In this document: in pieces, positions 1 to 8,799 of the stretch
Numbering within the stretch: the first letter of the stretch is position 1
Layout: each line of letters starts with the position of its first letter
Origin: a virus
Virus genome (UHGV): UHGV-0031292
Length of the DNA: 39,344 bases
Reading direction: 5' to 3' (one strand)
The notes under the pieces: model-generated
What the model was told of the DNA's origin: nothing
Seen by the model: only the letters and a program-made list of their open reading frames with translations
Databases searched by the model: none
Made by a program: the position numbers and the translations under genes

Positions 1-77
1 AATGAAGTGAACGGTATTTCCCGCGTGGTGTATGACATCAGCGGCAAGCCGCCAGCTACCATTGAGTGGGAATGATT
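1..77 (+). CDS. guaA: 3' end of host GMP synthase gene (last 25 codons, ...NEVNGISRVVYDISGKPPATIEWE, stop TGA at 75-77); rest of gene is upstream of the window
   Basis: In-frame translation from nt 1 gives a C-terminus I recognise as GuaA; the stop codon lies inside the att core repeat. Confidence 0.7.
61..77. repeat. attL core, 17-bp direct repeat ATTGAGTGGGAATGATT overlapping the guaA stop codon
   Basis: Exact 17-bp match with 39268-39284; flanking bases differ on both sides. Confidence 0.8.
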
Positions 78-122
78 AACAGCTAACTCATAGCAACTCA
101 TTCCTATTCAGATACTAATTTA

Positions 123-152
123 ACCCTCTGTTTTTACAGAGGGTTTTTGTTT
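123..152 (+). terminator. Rho-independent terminator hairpin (CCCTCTGT-TTTT-ACAGAGGG plus T-run) downstream of guaA, probably the phage-borne copy
   Basis: 8-bp perfect stem followed by TTTTTGTTTTT; near-identical hairpin at 39308-39338. Confidence 0.6.
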
Positions 153-267
153 TTATGTATTCATTTCTATTCACTCTACACCATATTTTTCGGCGGTACA
201 GGTGACGGTATTACCTTAAAGGTATACTCTCATACCGTTATGAAAATGGTTTCTATACGGGTGAATT

Positions 268-1518
268 GTGCTTACCGATACAAAATTAAAGAACCTCAAG
301 CCACAGGACAAACTGTACAAAGTTTCCGATCGTGACGGGCTGTATGTAGCTGTGCTTACGTCAGGTACGGTCTCGTTTCGCTATGACTACCGTATCAACG
401 GTCGCCGCGAAACACTGGTAATCGGGCAGTATGGGCGTGACGGTATCAGCCTGGCAGAAGCGCGAGAAGAACTGATTGCTGCAAAGAAGCTGCTTAAAGC
501 AGGCCAGTCACCGGCTGCGGCTAAACGTGACGGTATCAAAAAGATTCGTGGTGCCGAGACGTTTGCGGTACATACCGACAGTTATATGAAACACGTCATC
601 CTGGCTGAAAGTACCCGCGCAATGAAGCAGGCAGTGATCGACCGTGACATACTTCCGGTTCTTGGCAACAAAATGATGGCTGAAATTACCACATCGATGG
701 TTCGTGATTTGTGTGACCGGATTGTCGAACGCGGTGGCCGGGCAACAGCAGTACAGGCCAGGGAGATCATCAGCAGCGTATACCGTCACGCCAATGACCG
801 TGGTCATGGTTTGTTTAATCCTGCGGCTGACATTAAACCTTCGTCTATCGCCATATTTAAACCACGAGAGCGAACACTGACACCAGAAGAAATTGGCCTG
901 TTCTTCCGTACGCTGGATGCCATTGGTGCTATGGGCACTATGAAAATGGCTTTAAAGCTGGTGCTTATCACTATGGTTCGTAAAGGCGAATTCACCAATG
1001 CAACGTGGGATGAAATAGATTTTAAAAAATGGACATGGACAATTCCTTCAGACCGCATGAAGGGAAGCCGGGCGCACGTTATTTACCTGCCTAAACAGGC
1101 ACAGGATATATTGGTCGGGTTGCAGATGTGCGCTGGTGGAAGTGAATATCTGGTTCCTGGTCGTTACAATTTCCGGAAGCCATTATCTAATGCCGCGCTG
1201 AACTCTCTGATCGACAGAACGGTGAAAATAATAAATGAAGATGGTGAGCATATTCAGGACTTCACCGTACACGATATGCGCCGTACAGCCAGTACGTTGT
1301 TGCATGAGGCTGGTTATCCTTCAGACTGGATTGAAAAGGCTCTGGCACATGAGCAGAAAGGTGTGCGCGCCGTATATAACAAAGCGGAATACGCCAGACA
1401 GCGCGCCTACATGTTGCAGCAGTGGGCCGATATGATTGATTCCTGGATTAACGGGGAGCATACGGATCTGATTCCGTTCTCCCCGTCGAAGTTTGAGAAG
1501 TGGATGGCGGGGGAATAA
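268..1518 (+). CDS. int: Tyrosine site-specific integrase, P4-type (N-terminal DUF4102-like arm-binding region, C-terminal catalytic domain)
   Basis: 416-aa ORF with GTG start; N-terminus LTDTKLKNLKPQDKLYKVSDRDGLY and C-terminal HDMRRTASTLL...LAH...Y catalytic signature; adjacent to attL. Confidence 0.85.
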   Translation: MLTDTKLKNLKPQDKLYKVSDRDGLYVAVLTSGTVSFRYDYRINGRRETLVIGQYGRDGISLAEAREELIAAKKLLKAGQSPAAAKRDGIKKIRGAETFAVHTDSYMKHVILAESTRAMKQAVIDRDILPVLGNKMMAEITTSMVRDLCDRIVERGGRATAVQAREIISSVYRHANDRGHGLFNPAADIKPSSIAIFKPRERTLTPEEIGLFFRTLDAIGAMGTMKMALKLVLITMVRKGEFTNATWDEIDFKKWTWTIPSDRMKGSRAHVIYLPKQAQDILVGLQMCAGGSEYLVPGRYNFRKPLSNAALNSLIDRTVKIINEDGEHIQDFTVHDMRRTASTLLHEAGYPSDWIEKALAHEQKGVRAVYNKAEYARQRAYMLQQWADMIDSWINGEHTDLIPFSPSKFEKWMAGE

Positions 1519-1712
1519 CGTTTAATAGTTCTGCTGATTTTCTTCCATCTCTGCTTCTGCTGCCAGTGATTCAATTTTATCTGCGAATATTGCTGACAGT
1601 GTTGCAAATTCAGCATCAGTGACAGCGGGAACAGGAACAAACCTGATCCCGCTGTGTGCAAGCATGTTTGCAGTTTCAAGGCATTTCCTTAAATCTGCTG
1701 GTGATGCCCTGT

Positions 1713-2363
1713 TCATGCTGCACGCTCCCGCCCCTGGTTGTCTGTTGGTGACAGCGGAGCATTGCTGAATGAATTTGTTAATCCGCCAATATCCAACGCG
1801 TATCCTGGGTGTAGTTGCACGGCCGGGTCTTCGCACTGATTACCCCAAACATCGAAGCCATGAGACGACTGGCGGGCGAACAGTTCAATGCGAGAAACAT
1901 CGCCTAACAATTGCACAAGTTTTTCACGAACGATATCTGGTTTTCTTGAATGCTCAAGCCGCGGTGCGGTAAATGACTGAACGATCCCTGCATTAATGCG
2001 CGTAGGTAGTTTTCCCTTTACCGCAAACAGGCAATCTTCACTATTGGCGCGAGTCATGTGTCCCATACCCATAACCAGTTTATCTGGTTGTCGACTACCA
2101 CATTTTATCCACGTGAAGCCCTTCATGGTCATCAGACGGAATCCCCAGGCTTCAACAACTTTTAGTGCTTCGAGTGGTTGTGTTGGCACCCACCACATGG
2201 CCAACAGACAGTTTTCATCGGCCAAATCCCACACAGGAAGGCGGCAGATATCCAGCACACTCATAACCGGATATTTAAAACCGGCACCGCGATTACCATC
2301 TGCGGCTTTGTCCCGGTATACCCAGGGTGGATCCGCATAGATTAGCGTGTATTTCTTAGTCAT
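1713..2363 (-). CDS. MT-A70 family DNA N6-adenine methyltransferase (orphan, no partner endonuclease seen)
   Basis: 216-aa ORF with DPPW catalytic motif (LIYADPPWVY) and conserved WGFRL / GFDVWGN regions. Confidence 0.8.
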   Translation of the reverse strand: MTKKYTLIYADPPWVYRDKAADGNRGAGFKYPVMSVLDICRLPVWDLADENCLLAMWWVPTQPLEALKVVEAWGFRLMTMKGFTWIKCGSRQPDKLVMGMGHMTRANSEDCLFAVKGKLPTRINAGIVQSFTAPRLEHSRKPDIVREKLVQLLGDVSRIELFARQSSHGFDVWGNQCEDPAVQLHPGYALDIGGLTNSFSNAPLSPTDNQGRERAA

Positions 2364-2655
2364 AAACCACCCCGCAACATCCTATGCCGCTATAGTCGCC
2401 ACGGCGAAGGCCGTTACCTTTTGTGATACATTGGTCCCTGCGAACCGCGATCCTTGCACGCTCAACATCACCAGAAGCAACATCCATACACTGAAGCCAA
2501 AGGTGAGCGGCAATGCGGAACTGTCCTTTTTTCTCTCTTTCAATTGCGCGTTTTTCGAACTCTATCGCCGCAGGAGTAACGGCGACAATCTTTGACGGAC
2601 TGCGCATTGAAACCTTGTTCATGTGATATTTTTCAAGTCGGCTTAACTTTCTCAC
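2356..2655 (-). CDS. Hypothetical protein, translationally coupled to the methyltransferase gene
   Basis: ORF stop overlaps the methyltransferase start by 8 nt; no recognisable domain; true start may be an internal Met. Confidence 0.35.
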   Translation of the reverse strand: MRKLSRLEKYHMNKVSMRSPSKIVAVTPAAIEFEKRAIEREKKGQFRIAAHLWLQCMDVASGDVERARIAVRRDQCITKGNGLRRGDYSGIGCCGVVYD

Positions 2656-2764
2656 TTAATCCAACCCTCTCTGAAAATTAATGCCAGCAGATAAAGCCAT
2701 GCTGAAACAGAGGCCAGGAATAAGTACCATCCTGACCATTTGCTCCAGTGCTTTAGCAGCACAC

Positions 2765-3013
2765 TCATGCCGCGTTGCTCACAGGGCGATATACACGTTG
2801 CTGAACAGGAGGTTTTTTACCCTGGAACTCTGCCGGGCTTGCTGCCTGACGTTCATCAAGCCAACGCTCAACTTCATCACGGTTCCATGCGCAGCGTTTG
2901 TCAGTGATATACCAGCGTTTAGGAAATTCCCCTGCGCGCTCCATACGGTCGATAGTGCTCCATGACAGTGGCACCACCGCCAGGAGTTCCTTCTTACCTA
3001 ATGCACCTTTCAT
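2765..3013 (-). CDS. AlpA-family helix-turn-helix regulator / putative excisionase
   Basis: 82-aa ORF with AlpA-like motif (LLAVVPLSWSTIDRMERAGEFPKRWYITDKRCAWNRDEVERWL); GAGAGG ribosome-binding site before the ATG. Confidence 0.7.
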   Translation of the reverse strand: MKGALGKKELLAVVPLSWSTIDRMERAGEFPKRWYITDKRCAWNRDEVERWLDERQAASPAEFQGKKPPVQQRVYRPVSNAA

Positions 3014-3062
3014 AAATACCTCTCTTGGTTGCAGTGCGGCGCGCGTGGCGCCGCGGTGGTGG

Positions 3063-3944
3063 TTACATAGATGTTTCGTTTAATTCTTCCCGACGAGCGC
3101 TGTAAACGTCGGTGGCTTTTGCCAGCAGTTCGTCATCATCTGAAAGTTTTTGTGCAATGTATTTGTAAGCCTTATCCAGTTCGGAGACAGTGCTGTAATT
3201 CATCGCTGCGCTGGTAAAGGCCATCAGCATTTCTTCTGGATCACGGCTATCAGCTTTACGCGTTTGCTCATCAGGCTTTTTCACCGGTTTAGCGTTGATC
3301 AGACTGTTCATTCCCGCAGCAGTAGTCGTTTGCGGAGTAATGTCTCGCTCAACGCGCGGTGCCGTTTCCTGTAATTCGTCAGGGGTGTAAACACCGAGAA
3401 GTACATCAGGAGCGTGCAGGCGAGCCCATCGTTTCGTGCAAAGATAGGCAAGCTGCTGGCGCGGATCCTGTTCCCACAATGGAGAGTTACGCACTCCGGC
3501 TTGCGCCATACTGATGGTAAGCTCACGGGGTTCTGCTTCTCCTTTAAGAACCGCTGACACAGTTACCGTCAGATTCGGTGATTTATCTGTTTTGCCGTTA
3601 ACATTCGACCAGTCACCGCTCCAGCGATAATTCAGACGTGTCGCTAGCAGGCTGGAAGAGGATACGACCGCGTTTACCAACTGTGCTTCGTAGCCTAACG
3701 TTCCGTTTACCACATGCGTTTTTTGCGCCACGGCGAAAGGGTTCATTCCCCACTGTGCCGCCTGCATGGTCACCGCCAGACAATCGGCAGGTTTGCCTTC
3801 AAGATGTTTCGGTACAGTAGCTTTGCTTTGTGACATCAACTCCGCGAAACGCACCAGTTGATTCATGCCCTCCGGGCTGAAGATTGCCGCAGCAGTGCCT
3901 ACAGTTGCGCCTGGTTGTGATGTGATTGCGATATCATTGCTCAT
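3063..3944 (-). CDS. RecT-family single-strand annealing recombinase
   Basis: 293-aa ORF; conserved RecT-like core (QAAQWGMNPFAVAQKTHVVNGTLGYEAQLVNAV); start overlaps the upstream exonuclease stop. Confidence 0.75.
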   Translation of the reverse strand: MSNDIAITSQPGATVGTAAAIFSPEGMNQLVRFAELMSQSKATVPKHLEGKPADCLAVTMQAAQWGMNPFAVAQKTHVVNGTLGYEAQLVNAVVSSSSLLATRLNYRWSGDWSNVNGKTDKSPNLTVTVSAVLKGEAEPRELTISMAQAGVRNSPLWEQDPRQQLAYLCTKRWARLHAPDVLLGVYTPDELQETAPRVERDITPQTTTAAGMNSLINAKPVKKPDEQTRKADSRDPEEMLMAFTSAAMNYSTVSELDKAYKYIAQKLSDDDELLAKATDVYSARREELNETSM

Positions 3945-4762
3945 ACGTACATATCCTGTTTACGTGCCCAGTCAGGGCGTTTAATAATTTCTACACCGCC
4001 CCATTCATCATTGATGCGGCATTCGTGATAGGTATTCAGATCCCGGCGGAACAGAGCGTGCCCGGCATCGACATCCGGTGCATCCAGCTCGAACACGCGT
4101 ACCGGATACCGACCACAATCAATGCTTTCGCTCACGGCAAGAAAGAAAAAACCATGCGACTGACCAGTAACCCTCATTGCTCCTTCGCGGTACATTGCGT
4201 CCTGCACGTGGTAGCGGAATTCCTCGATGTGGCGTGCAAAACGGTCCATATCTGCAACCTTTTTCACGTCGACGATCACGTTGTGCTCGTTCAGCCATTT
4301 GTCTGGACGAATGCGGCACAACTCACCAGTCTCTTCATCGTTCCAGTACATTGATGCTTCGCAGTAACCAGGTGCTTCCAGCATCCAGCGTGCAGCCGGG
4401 TGAGCCATTGCGCTATCACGCATCAGCTCCAGTTTTCGCCACTGCTCGACATCAAGTACCGTAATACCCATATCCGCCACATCACGAAGAAATGCTTCTT
4501 CGTCAGCTTTACCTTGTTTTGTCCGACGATCGAATTTCGGTGAAACAATGAAGCGTTTGTCGAACTCTCCAGGCTCCAGAAGCAGACAGTGCAATGCGGT
4601 TCCCATATCCAGTGCAGACTTTTTCTCTTCGTCTTCTGGTGCTGCCTGAACCCATTTAAGAAGCGCCGGATTCTTGGCAACCATGTCCAGTTGCGACTTA
4701 CTCACGCCGTCACCGGCGTGGTAGTCTTCGTTGCTGATGTCGAAATAAATTCCCGGTTTCAT
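3941..4762 (-). CDS. PD-(D/E)XK exonuclease partner of RecT (RecE/YqaJ-like)
   Basis: 273-aa ORF immediately upstream of and coupled to RecT; D...D/E-x-K-like motif (RPDKW...IVDVKK). Confidence 0.65.
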   Translation of the reverse strand: MKPGIYFDISNEDYHAGDGVSKSQLDMVAKNPALLKWVQAAPEDEEKKSALDMGTALHCLLLEPGEFDKRFIVSPKFDRRTKQGKADEEAFLRDVADMGITVLDVEQWRKLELMRDSAMAHPAARWMLEAPGYCEASMYWNDEETGELCRIRPDKWLNEHNVIVDVKKVADMDRFARHIEEFRYHVQDAMYREGAMRVTGQSHGFFFLAVSESIDCGRYPVRVFELDAPDVDAGHALFRRDLNTYHECRINDEWGGVEIIKRPDWARKQDMYV

Positions 4763-5058
4763 GCCGCGTCCCTCTGTCCATCAAGCTGATCCGCCAGATC
4801 CCAGCGGGCGATAATTGCCATTGCCTCTCGCCGATAGGCATCCATCAGTTCTTCGAACTCAGGGCTGTCTTTAGCAGCCTCCAGTACTTCCTGACGAACG
4901 CCTTTGCCTGTTACAACGTCGAAAGTTGAGGACAGTTGATGAAGTCGGATGCTCTCAATCAGTTCAACTTGTCGGTCATATAGCTGTTCTGACAGGCGGT
5001 AGTCCTTGTCGAATGCCAGCATGATTTTTTGAAGATTTTTCTGCTGATTAACGTTCAT
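4759..5058 (-). CDS. Hypothetical early protein
   Basis: ORF in the leftward early operon; likely start MNVNQQ preceded by GGGAGGG and overlapping the upstream small ORF stop. Confidence 0.5.
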   Translation of the reverse strand: MNVNQQKNLQKIMLAFDKDYRLSEQLYDRQVELIESIRLHQLSSTFDVVTGKGVRQEVLEAAKDSPEFEELMDAYRREAMAIIARWDLADQLDGQRDAA

Positions 5059-5060
5059 TA

Positions 5061-5213
5061 TCAGCCCTCCCATATCTCGTTATCGTTGGCCACATCGCGA
5101 GCTTCTTTGCTGACGAAAGCCCACTTAATGCCTTCCTGTAAGGTGCGGAACTTCCAGCTCATGAATCCGCATGCAGTAACGCAGTACCAACCGTTGATGA
5201 TTTTCCACTGCAT
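5061..5213 (-). CDS. Small hypothetical protein (about 50 aa, MQWKIINGWYCVTACGF...), first gene of the leftward early operon
   Basis: Below the ORF-track size cutoff; read by eye; GAGGT upstream; stop overlaps the next gene start. Confidence 0.4.
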   Translation of the reverse strand: MQWKIINGWYCVTACGFMSWKFRTLQEGIKWAFVSKEARDVANDNEIWEG

Positions 5214-5232
5214 AACTTGTTACCTCGGTCTG

Positions 5233-5309
5233 TTACCGTTTAGGTAATAATTATGCGTATTTGGTTTGATGTCAATAGATATGAGTTAAAAAAATTACCC
5301 ATTAGGTAA
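5233..5309. promoter_or_regulatory. OL-like region: two exact copies of the TTACC-N5-GGTAA palindrome (5233-5247, 5295-5309) before the leftward early operon
   Basis: TTACCGTTTAGGTAA and TTACCCATTAGGTAA, 62 bp apart, between the repressor terminator and the first early-left gene. Confidence 0.65.
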
Positions 5310-5323
5310 TAGTATAGGCAATA

Positions 5324-5346
5324 AAAAAGCCACCAGAAGGCGGCTT
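5324..5346 (-). terminator. Rho-independent terminator downstream of the repressor gene (GCCGCC-TTCT-GGTGGC plus T6)
   Basis: Hairpin followed by TTTTTTATT on the minus strand, directly after the repressor stop. Confidence 0.55.
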
Positions 5347-5366
5347 ACTTGCTGAAAACTATAGTT

Positions 5367-5951
5367 TTATTGTTTGCTTTTTTCGTTCTGGTTGATGACA
5401 AATTCAATGTAACTTTCGATCTTTGCTTTCTCGGTTTCGGGTAACAATGCGTAGCGCGAGCGGTCATAGTTGATGGTCGCAGGGTCGTGCGGGTGAATCA
5501 GTAATTCATAGCCGTGACGCCCGAATGCGGATGCAACATTCTCCAGGGTGGAAATGGAAACGCTGACCTCATTGTTTAACAGGCGGCTGATTGTCACCTG
5601 GGCGACGCCGGATGCGCGGTGAAGTTTTCCCTGTGTTGAAAGGTCGCGGCTTTCGCTCATCCAGCGTTCCAGGTTGTGAGCCGCCAGTTGACCAATGTCG
5701 CTTGGTCCGACAGGCTGAAAACCTTCCTGAGAAAGCGAGCGATCGATATCAAGCCAGTTACGGGGTTTATTGGCGGCAGCTTCAATTTTTCGTGCAACCT
5801 GGTCGCCGATAACCTTCTTGCCAAGAGCCCAGCGGTTTACCAGATTTGCCTGAGTTCCAAGTTTTTCAGCCATCCGCGTCTGAACACCATTGAATTCACG
5901 GTCGATCAAGTCGTTGAGATTTTGCCTGCGGACGTCCTGGATACTTTTCAT
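5367..5951 (-). CDS. Prophage repressor (CI-like) with two tandem HTH_XRE domains and no recognisable S24 autocleavage domain
   Basis: 194-aa ORF divergent from cro; two HTH segments (QTRMAEKLGTQANLVNRWALGKK... and HRASGVAQVTISRLLNNEVSVSISTLENVA). Confidence 0.65.
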   Translation of the reverse strand: MKSIQDVRRQNLNDLIDREFNGVQTRMAEKLGTQANLVNRWALGKKVIGDQVARKIEAAANKPRNWLDIDRSLSQEGFQPVGPSDIGQLAAHNLERWMSESRDLSTQGKLHRASGVAQVTISRLLNNEVSVSISTLENVASAFGRHGYELLIHPHDPATINYDRSRYALLPETEKAKIESYIEFVINQNEKSKQ

Positions 5952-6006
5952 TTTCTGGAAAATCGCCTCATATCTGAATCAGAAGATGATTCAATTTAAA
6001 GCAATA

Positions 6007-6068
6007 TTACCCAACAGGTAAATGCACCTCATGGGTAACTATCCTTGATTTTTGTTACCTTATAGGTG
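6007..6068. promoter_or_regulatory. OR-like region: three tandem palindrome copies (6007-6021 exact; 6024-6038 and 6054-6068 variant) between repressor and cro
   Basis: TTACCCAACAGGTAA, GCACCTCATGGGTAA, TTACCTTATAGGTGA in the 154-bp divergent intergenic region. Confidence 0.7.
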
Positions 6069-6105
6069 AATATTTATTATCTGAAATAAATATCAGGCAA
6101 TAGCT

Positions 6106-6336
6106 ATGAGCGATAACGGACATTTCGATTTCAAAAAGCACTGGCTTGCACTTACTCCGGATGAGCGTGAAGCCTTCGCACAGGAAGCCGGAACGACGAG
6201 TCACTATATCCAGACTCACTTAACAGGTAAGCGCAAAATGCCAGGTAAAGTATTGATGAATGGGCTTTTTAAAGCCTGTAAAACAAGACAATGGCTGCGC
6301 TCAAAAGCAGAACTGGCATACTTCTTCTACTCATGA
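6106..6336 (+). CDS. Cro-like small DNA-binding regulator
   Basis: 76-aa ORF divergent from the repressor, just downstream of the OR-like sites; HTH-like segment EAGTTSHYIQTHLTGKR. Confidence 0.5.
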   Translation: MSDNGHFDFKKHWLALTPDEREAFAQEAGTTSHYIQTHLTGKRKMPGKVLMNGLFKACKTRQWLRSKAELAYFFYS

Positions 6337-6360
6337 TATCCATCCACAACCCTCTGTAGA

Positions 6361-6381
6361 CCGCCATCCGGCGGTCTTTTC
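6361..6381 (+). terminator. Intrinsic terminator after cro (CCGCC-ATCC-GGCGG plus TCTTTT)
   Basis: GC stem-loop followed by a short T-run 25 bp after the cro stop. Confidence 0.45.
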
Positions 6382-6391
6382 ATATCTATTC

Positions 6392-6406
6392 GTACCTCAA
6401 AGGTAA
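6392..6406. promoter_or_regulatory. Palindrome copy (variant GTACCTCAAAGGTAA) downstream of the cro terminator
   Basis: Matches xxACC-N5-GGTAA. Confidence 0.45.
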
Positions 6407-6486
6407 TAAAAAACCAAATCTGGTTGATCTTTTTTTTGTGTCAGCACAAAATAACCGTAATCCCAATACTAATAACAGGGCTTACC

Positions 6487-6687
6487 ATGGAAATCATTAC
6501 ACGTATTGATGCCGCAAAGCGCGGACTTAAACGCTACTACACCGGAAAACCATGTAAGCACGGACATGACAGTGAACGCTGGGTTTACAACGGACACTGT
6601 GTTGAGTGCACCATGGAATCAAACCGTCGCATCAGGGCAGAGATTAAGCAGATCATGATTAATTCCTCCCCACAACATTCAAGCTGA
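6487..6687 (+). CDS. Small hypothetical protein with a putative Cys/His zinc-binding motif
   Basis: Likely start MEIITRID; motif KPCKHGH...NGHCVEC. Confidence 0.45.
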   Translation: MEIITRIDAAKRGLKRYYTGKPCKHGHDSERWVYNGHCVECTMESNRRIRAEIKQIMINSSPQHSS

Positions 6688-6702
6688 TAGCGGAGATTAA
6701 TC

Positions 6703-7494
6703 ATGAGCAGACATGCAACAGATTGGGCCTGGGAGACAGATCCAGGTAGCTCGTCATTAAAGCTCATACTGCTCTCGATGGCTGACAGAGCCGATGAATA
6801 TAACCTCTGCTACCCCAGCATAGAACGCCTCGTTAAAGACACTTGCCTGAATAAAAAAACCGTGCAGGCCGGGCTTATATCGCTCATGAAAATGGGGCTT
6901 ATTTCAGATACCGGAGAGAGAAAGGGAGCGACGAAAAGAGTGCGGGTTTTCTCTCTTAATATAACCAAAAACGGGAACATTAAAGGCAACCGGGAAGGGG
7001 GTAATGAACCCGAAAACGGTAATGTTACCGAAAACGGGAATATACCCAAAAACGGGATGTTGAATGATCCCAAAAACGGGATCCAGAACCAGTCATATAA
7101 CCAGTCATTTAACCAAGAGAGGGAGAGCAGGACAAAAAGCGGGGATTCTGTGCCTCATGACCCCGGCGCAAACAACGCCGTGATGAATAACTTTGTTCCT
7201 CCTGGTGGGCCAGGGCAATTAGGCAAATTTGTCATGCATGAACAATGGCAGCCATCAGATGACTTTCTTCGGAAAAGCTCATTGCAGGGGATCTACCTGG
7301 ACAGTCTGCCAACGGCACAGGAGCTTGCAGAGTTCAGAATTTACTGGATGGCTGAGGGTAAGGCATACCATCAGGCACAGTGGGAGCAGAAGCTGGCAAG
7401 GCGGCTGCAGATTAGCAGACAGAAGCAATCAACATTACCTGATAACAACGTTCCGCACTGGAACAGCCCTGAAGCGTGGGAGGATTTCTTGTGA
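6703..7494 (+). CDS. Replication initiation protein (lambda O-like, N-terminal HTH, origin iterons inside the gene)
   Basis: 263-aa ORF with N-terminal HTH-like region; repeated KNGNI-type peptide from internal DNA iterons; followed by and coupled to a P-like gene. Confidence 0.65.
   Translation: MSRHATDWAWETDPGSSSLKLILLSMADRADEYNLCYPSIERLVKDTCLNKKTVQAGLISLMKMGLISDTGERKGATKRVRVFSLNITKNGNIKGNREGGNEPENGNVTENGNIPKNGMLNDPKNGIQNQSYNQSFNQERESRTKSGDSVPHDPGANNAVMNNFVPPGGPGQLGKFVMHEQWQPSDDFLRKSSLQGIYLDSLPTAQELAEFRIYWMAEGKAYHQAQWEQKLARRLQISRQKQSTLPDNNVPHWNSPEAWEDFL
6965..7082. repeat. Putative replication origin: five direct iterons of CC(A/G)AAAACGG(G/T)A inside the O-like gene
   Basis: Copies start near 6965, 7009, 7028, 7045, 7069; three consecutive at about 19-bp spacing. 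Confidence 0.55.
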
Positions 7495-8276
7495 ACAACG
7501 TTTTTACCGCGATACAAAACCGTGACGGAGAAGCCCTTTCTCGCATGTCAGGTTATGAGCATCAGTACGTCAACAATGACAATGTGGTGAACATGTCAGC
7601 AGAGAGGCTTGTTGATGCCCTTTTCAAACAGCTGAAACAACTGTTTCCGGCGGCAGTAGTAACCAACCTGAAGACTCCAGAGCAGGAAGTTGCTGCAAAA
7701 CAGCAGTGGATTGCTGCGTTTGCCGAAGGGGGGATCCGAACCCGTGAACAGGTTTCTGCTGGTATGCGCCACGCCCGCGCCAGTGAATCTCCGTTCTGGC
7801 CGTCGCCAGGGCAATTCATCAAGTGGTGTAAAGACAGCAAGATGGTTCTTGGCGTCACCATTGACGATGTGATGGCGGAGTTTCACCGGTACAGCAAGGA
7901 AAAAAGTTTATATCCTGGTGGTCCCGAAAGATTCCCGTGGCGACATCCGGTTATGTACTGGGTCGTATGTGATACCCGCCGTGCAATGTATCAGCGCCAG
8001 CTTAGCGAGATTGAGGTTGAGAAACACGCGCGCAGGCTGCTCGATGATTGGGCGAAAAAGGTAGCTTCCGGACAGCAGATACCCGATCCGGTGATCAGCA
8101 TACAGGCAAAGCCAGAACCCATGAGTACGCCTCCGGACACAGGGAGAGACGTTTACCATCCACCAGGGCGAAGTTTCGGGTGTATGCCTAACGCCGCCAC
8201 ATTGGGGGGAATAACACCGGCACAGTGGCTGATGGAGGAATACAGGCGGGGAAAGGCGGCAGGATTTATCAAGTAA
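7491..8276 (+). CDS. Replication protein P-like (helicase loader)
   Basis: Recognisable similarity to lambda P (GGIRTREQVSAGMRHARASESPFWPSPGQFIKWCKD); GTG start overlapping the O stop (GTGA), GGGAGGA upstream. Confidence 0.75.
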   Translation: MNNVFTAIQNRDGEALSRMSGYEHQYVNNDNVVNMSAERLVDALFKQLKQLFPAAVVTNLKTPEQEVAAKQQWIAAFAEGGIRTREQVSAGMRHARASESPFWPSPGQFIKWCKDSKMVLGVTIDDVMAEFHRYSKEKSLYPGGPERFPWRHPVMYWVVCDTRRAMYQRQLSEIEVEKHARRLLDDWAKKVASGQQIPDPVISIQAKPEPMSTPPDTGRDVYHPPGRSFGCMPNAATLGGITPAQWLMEEYRRGKAAGFIK

Positions 8277-8314
8277 TACCAGCGCGATAGCGCATTTTTT
8301 TACGCCTTGATAGT

Positions 8315-8390
8315 TACCTTCTGGGTAACAAAATATTCTAAACCATATTGATTTCGTGTCTTATGTGGTTTTTAATTACCTCAGGGGTAA
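8315..8390. promoter_or_regulatory. Two exact palindrome copies (8315-8329, 8376-8390) immediately upstream of the 8394 gene
   Basis: TTACCTTCTGGGTAA and TTACCTCAGGGGTAA; the second ends 4 bp before the ATG. Confidence 0.6.
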
Positions 8391-8393
8391 ATT

Positions 8394-8738
8394 ATGAGAA
8401 AACAGATACAGGCTCTTGGTCGACTCAAAACAGGCCAGATGAACAAAACAGAATCTGCGTATTGCCAGCACCTTGAGTTGCGTAAACGTGCAGGAGAAAT
8501 CGTCTGGTATCGATTTGAGGGTATCAAGCTGCGGTTAGCTGACAACACGTTCTATACGCCCGATTTTGCTGTGATGCTCGCCACCGGCGAGATGGAACTG
8601 CACGAAGTGAAAGGTTTCTGGACCGACGACGCCAGGGTGAAAACCAAAGTCGCCGCAGATCAGTATCCGTTCCGAATCATCGGGGTAACGGTTAAACCAA
8701 AGAAAGCAGGTGGTGGCTGGAACATCGAAGAGTTCTGA
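8394..8738 (+). CDS. Small PD-(D/E)XK-type nuclease-like protein (DUF1064-like)
   Basis: 114-aa ORF with motif TPDFAV...ELHEVKG. Confidence 0.5.
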   Translation: MRKQIQALGRLKTGQMNKTESAYCQHLELRKRAGEIVWYRFEGIKLRLADNTFYTPDFAVMLATGEMELHEVKGFWTDDARVKTKVAADQYPFRIIGVTVKPKKAGGGWNIEEF

Positions 8739-8799
8739 ATCGACGATCTTTTTAGTTATCAATGTAATCAATAAGTTATGTGGATAAGCGAGGGTAAAG

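Noticed and set aside
1522-1665. Possible 47-aa minus-strand ORF between the integrase stop and the methyltransferase stop
   Set aside because: No ribosome-binding site and it partly overlaps the methyltransferase 3' end in another frame; cannot be supported from sequence alone.
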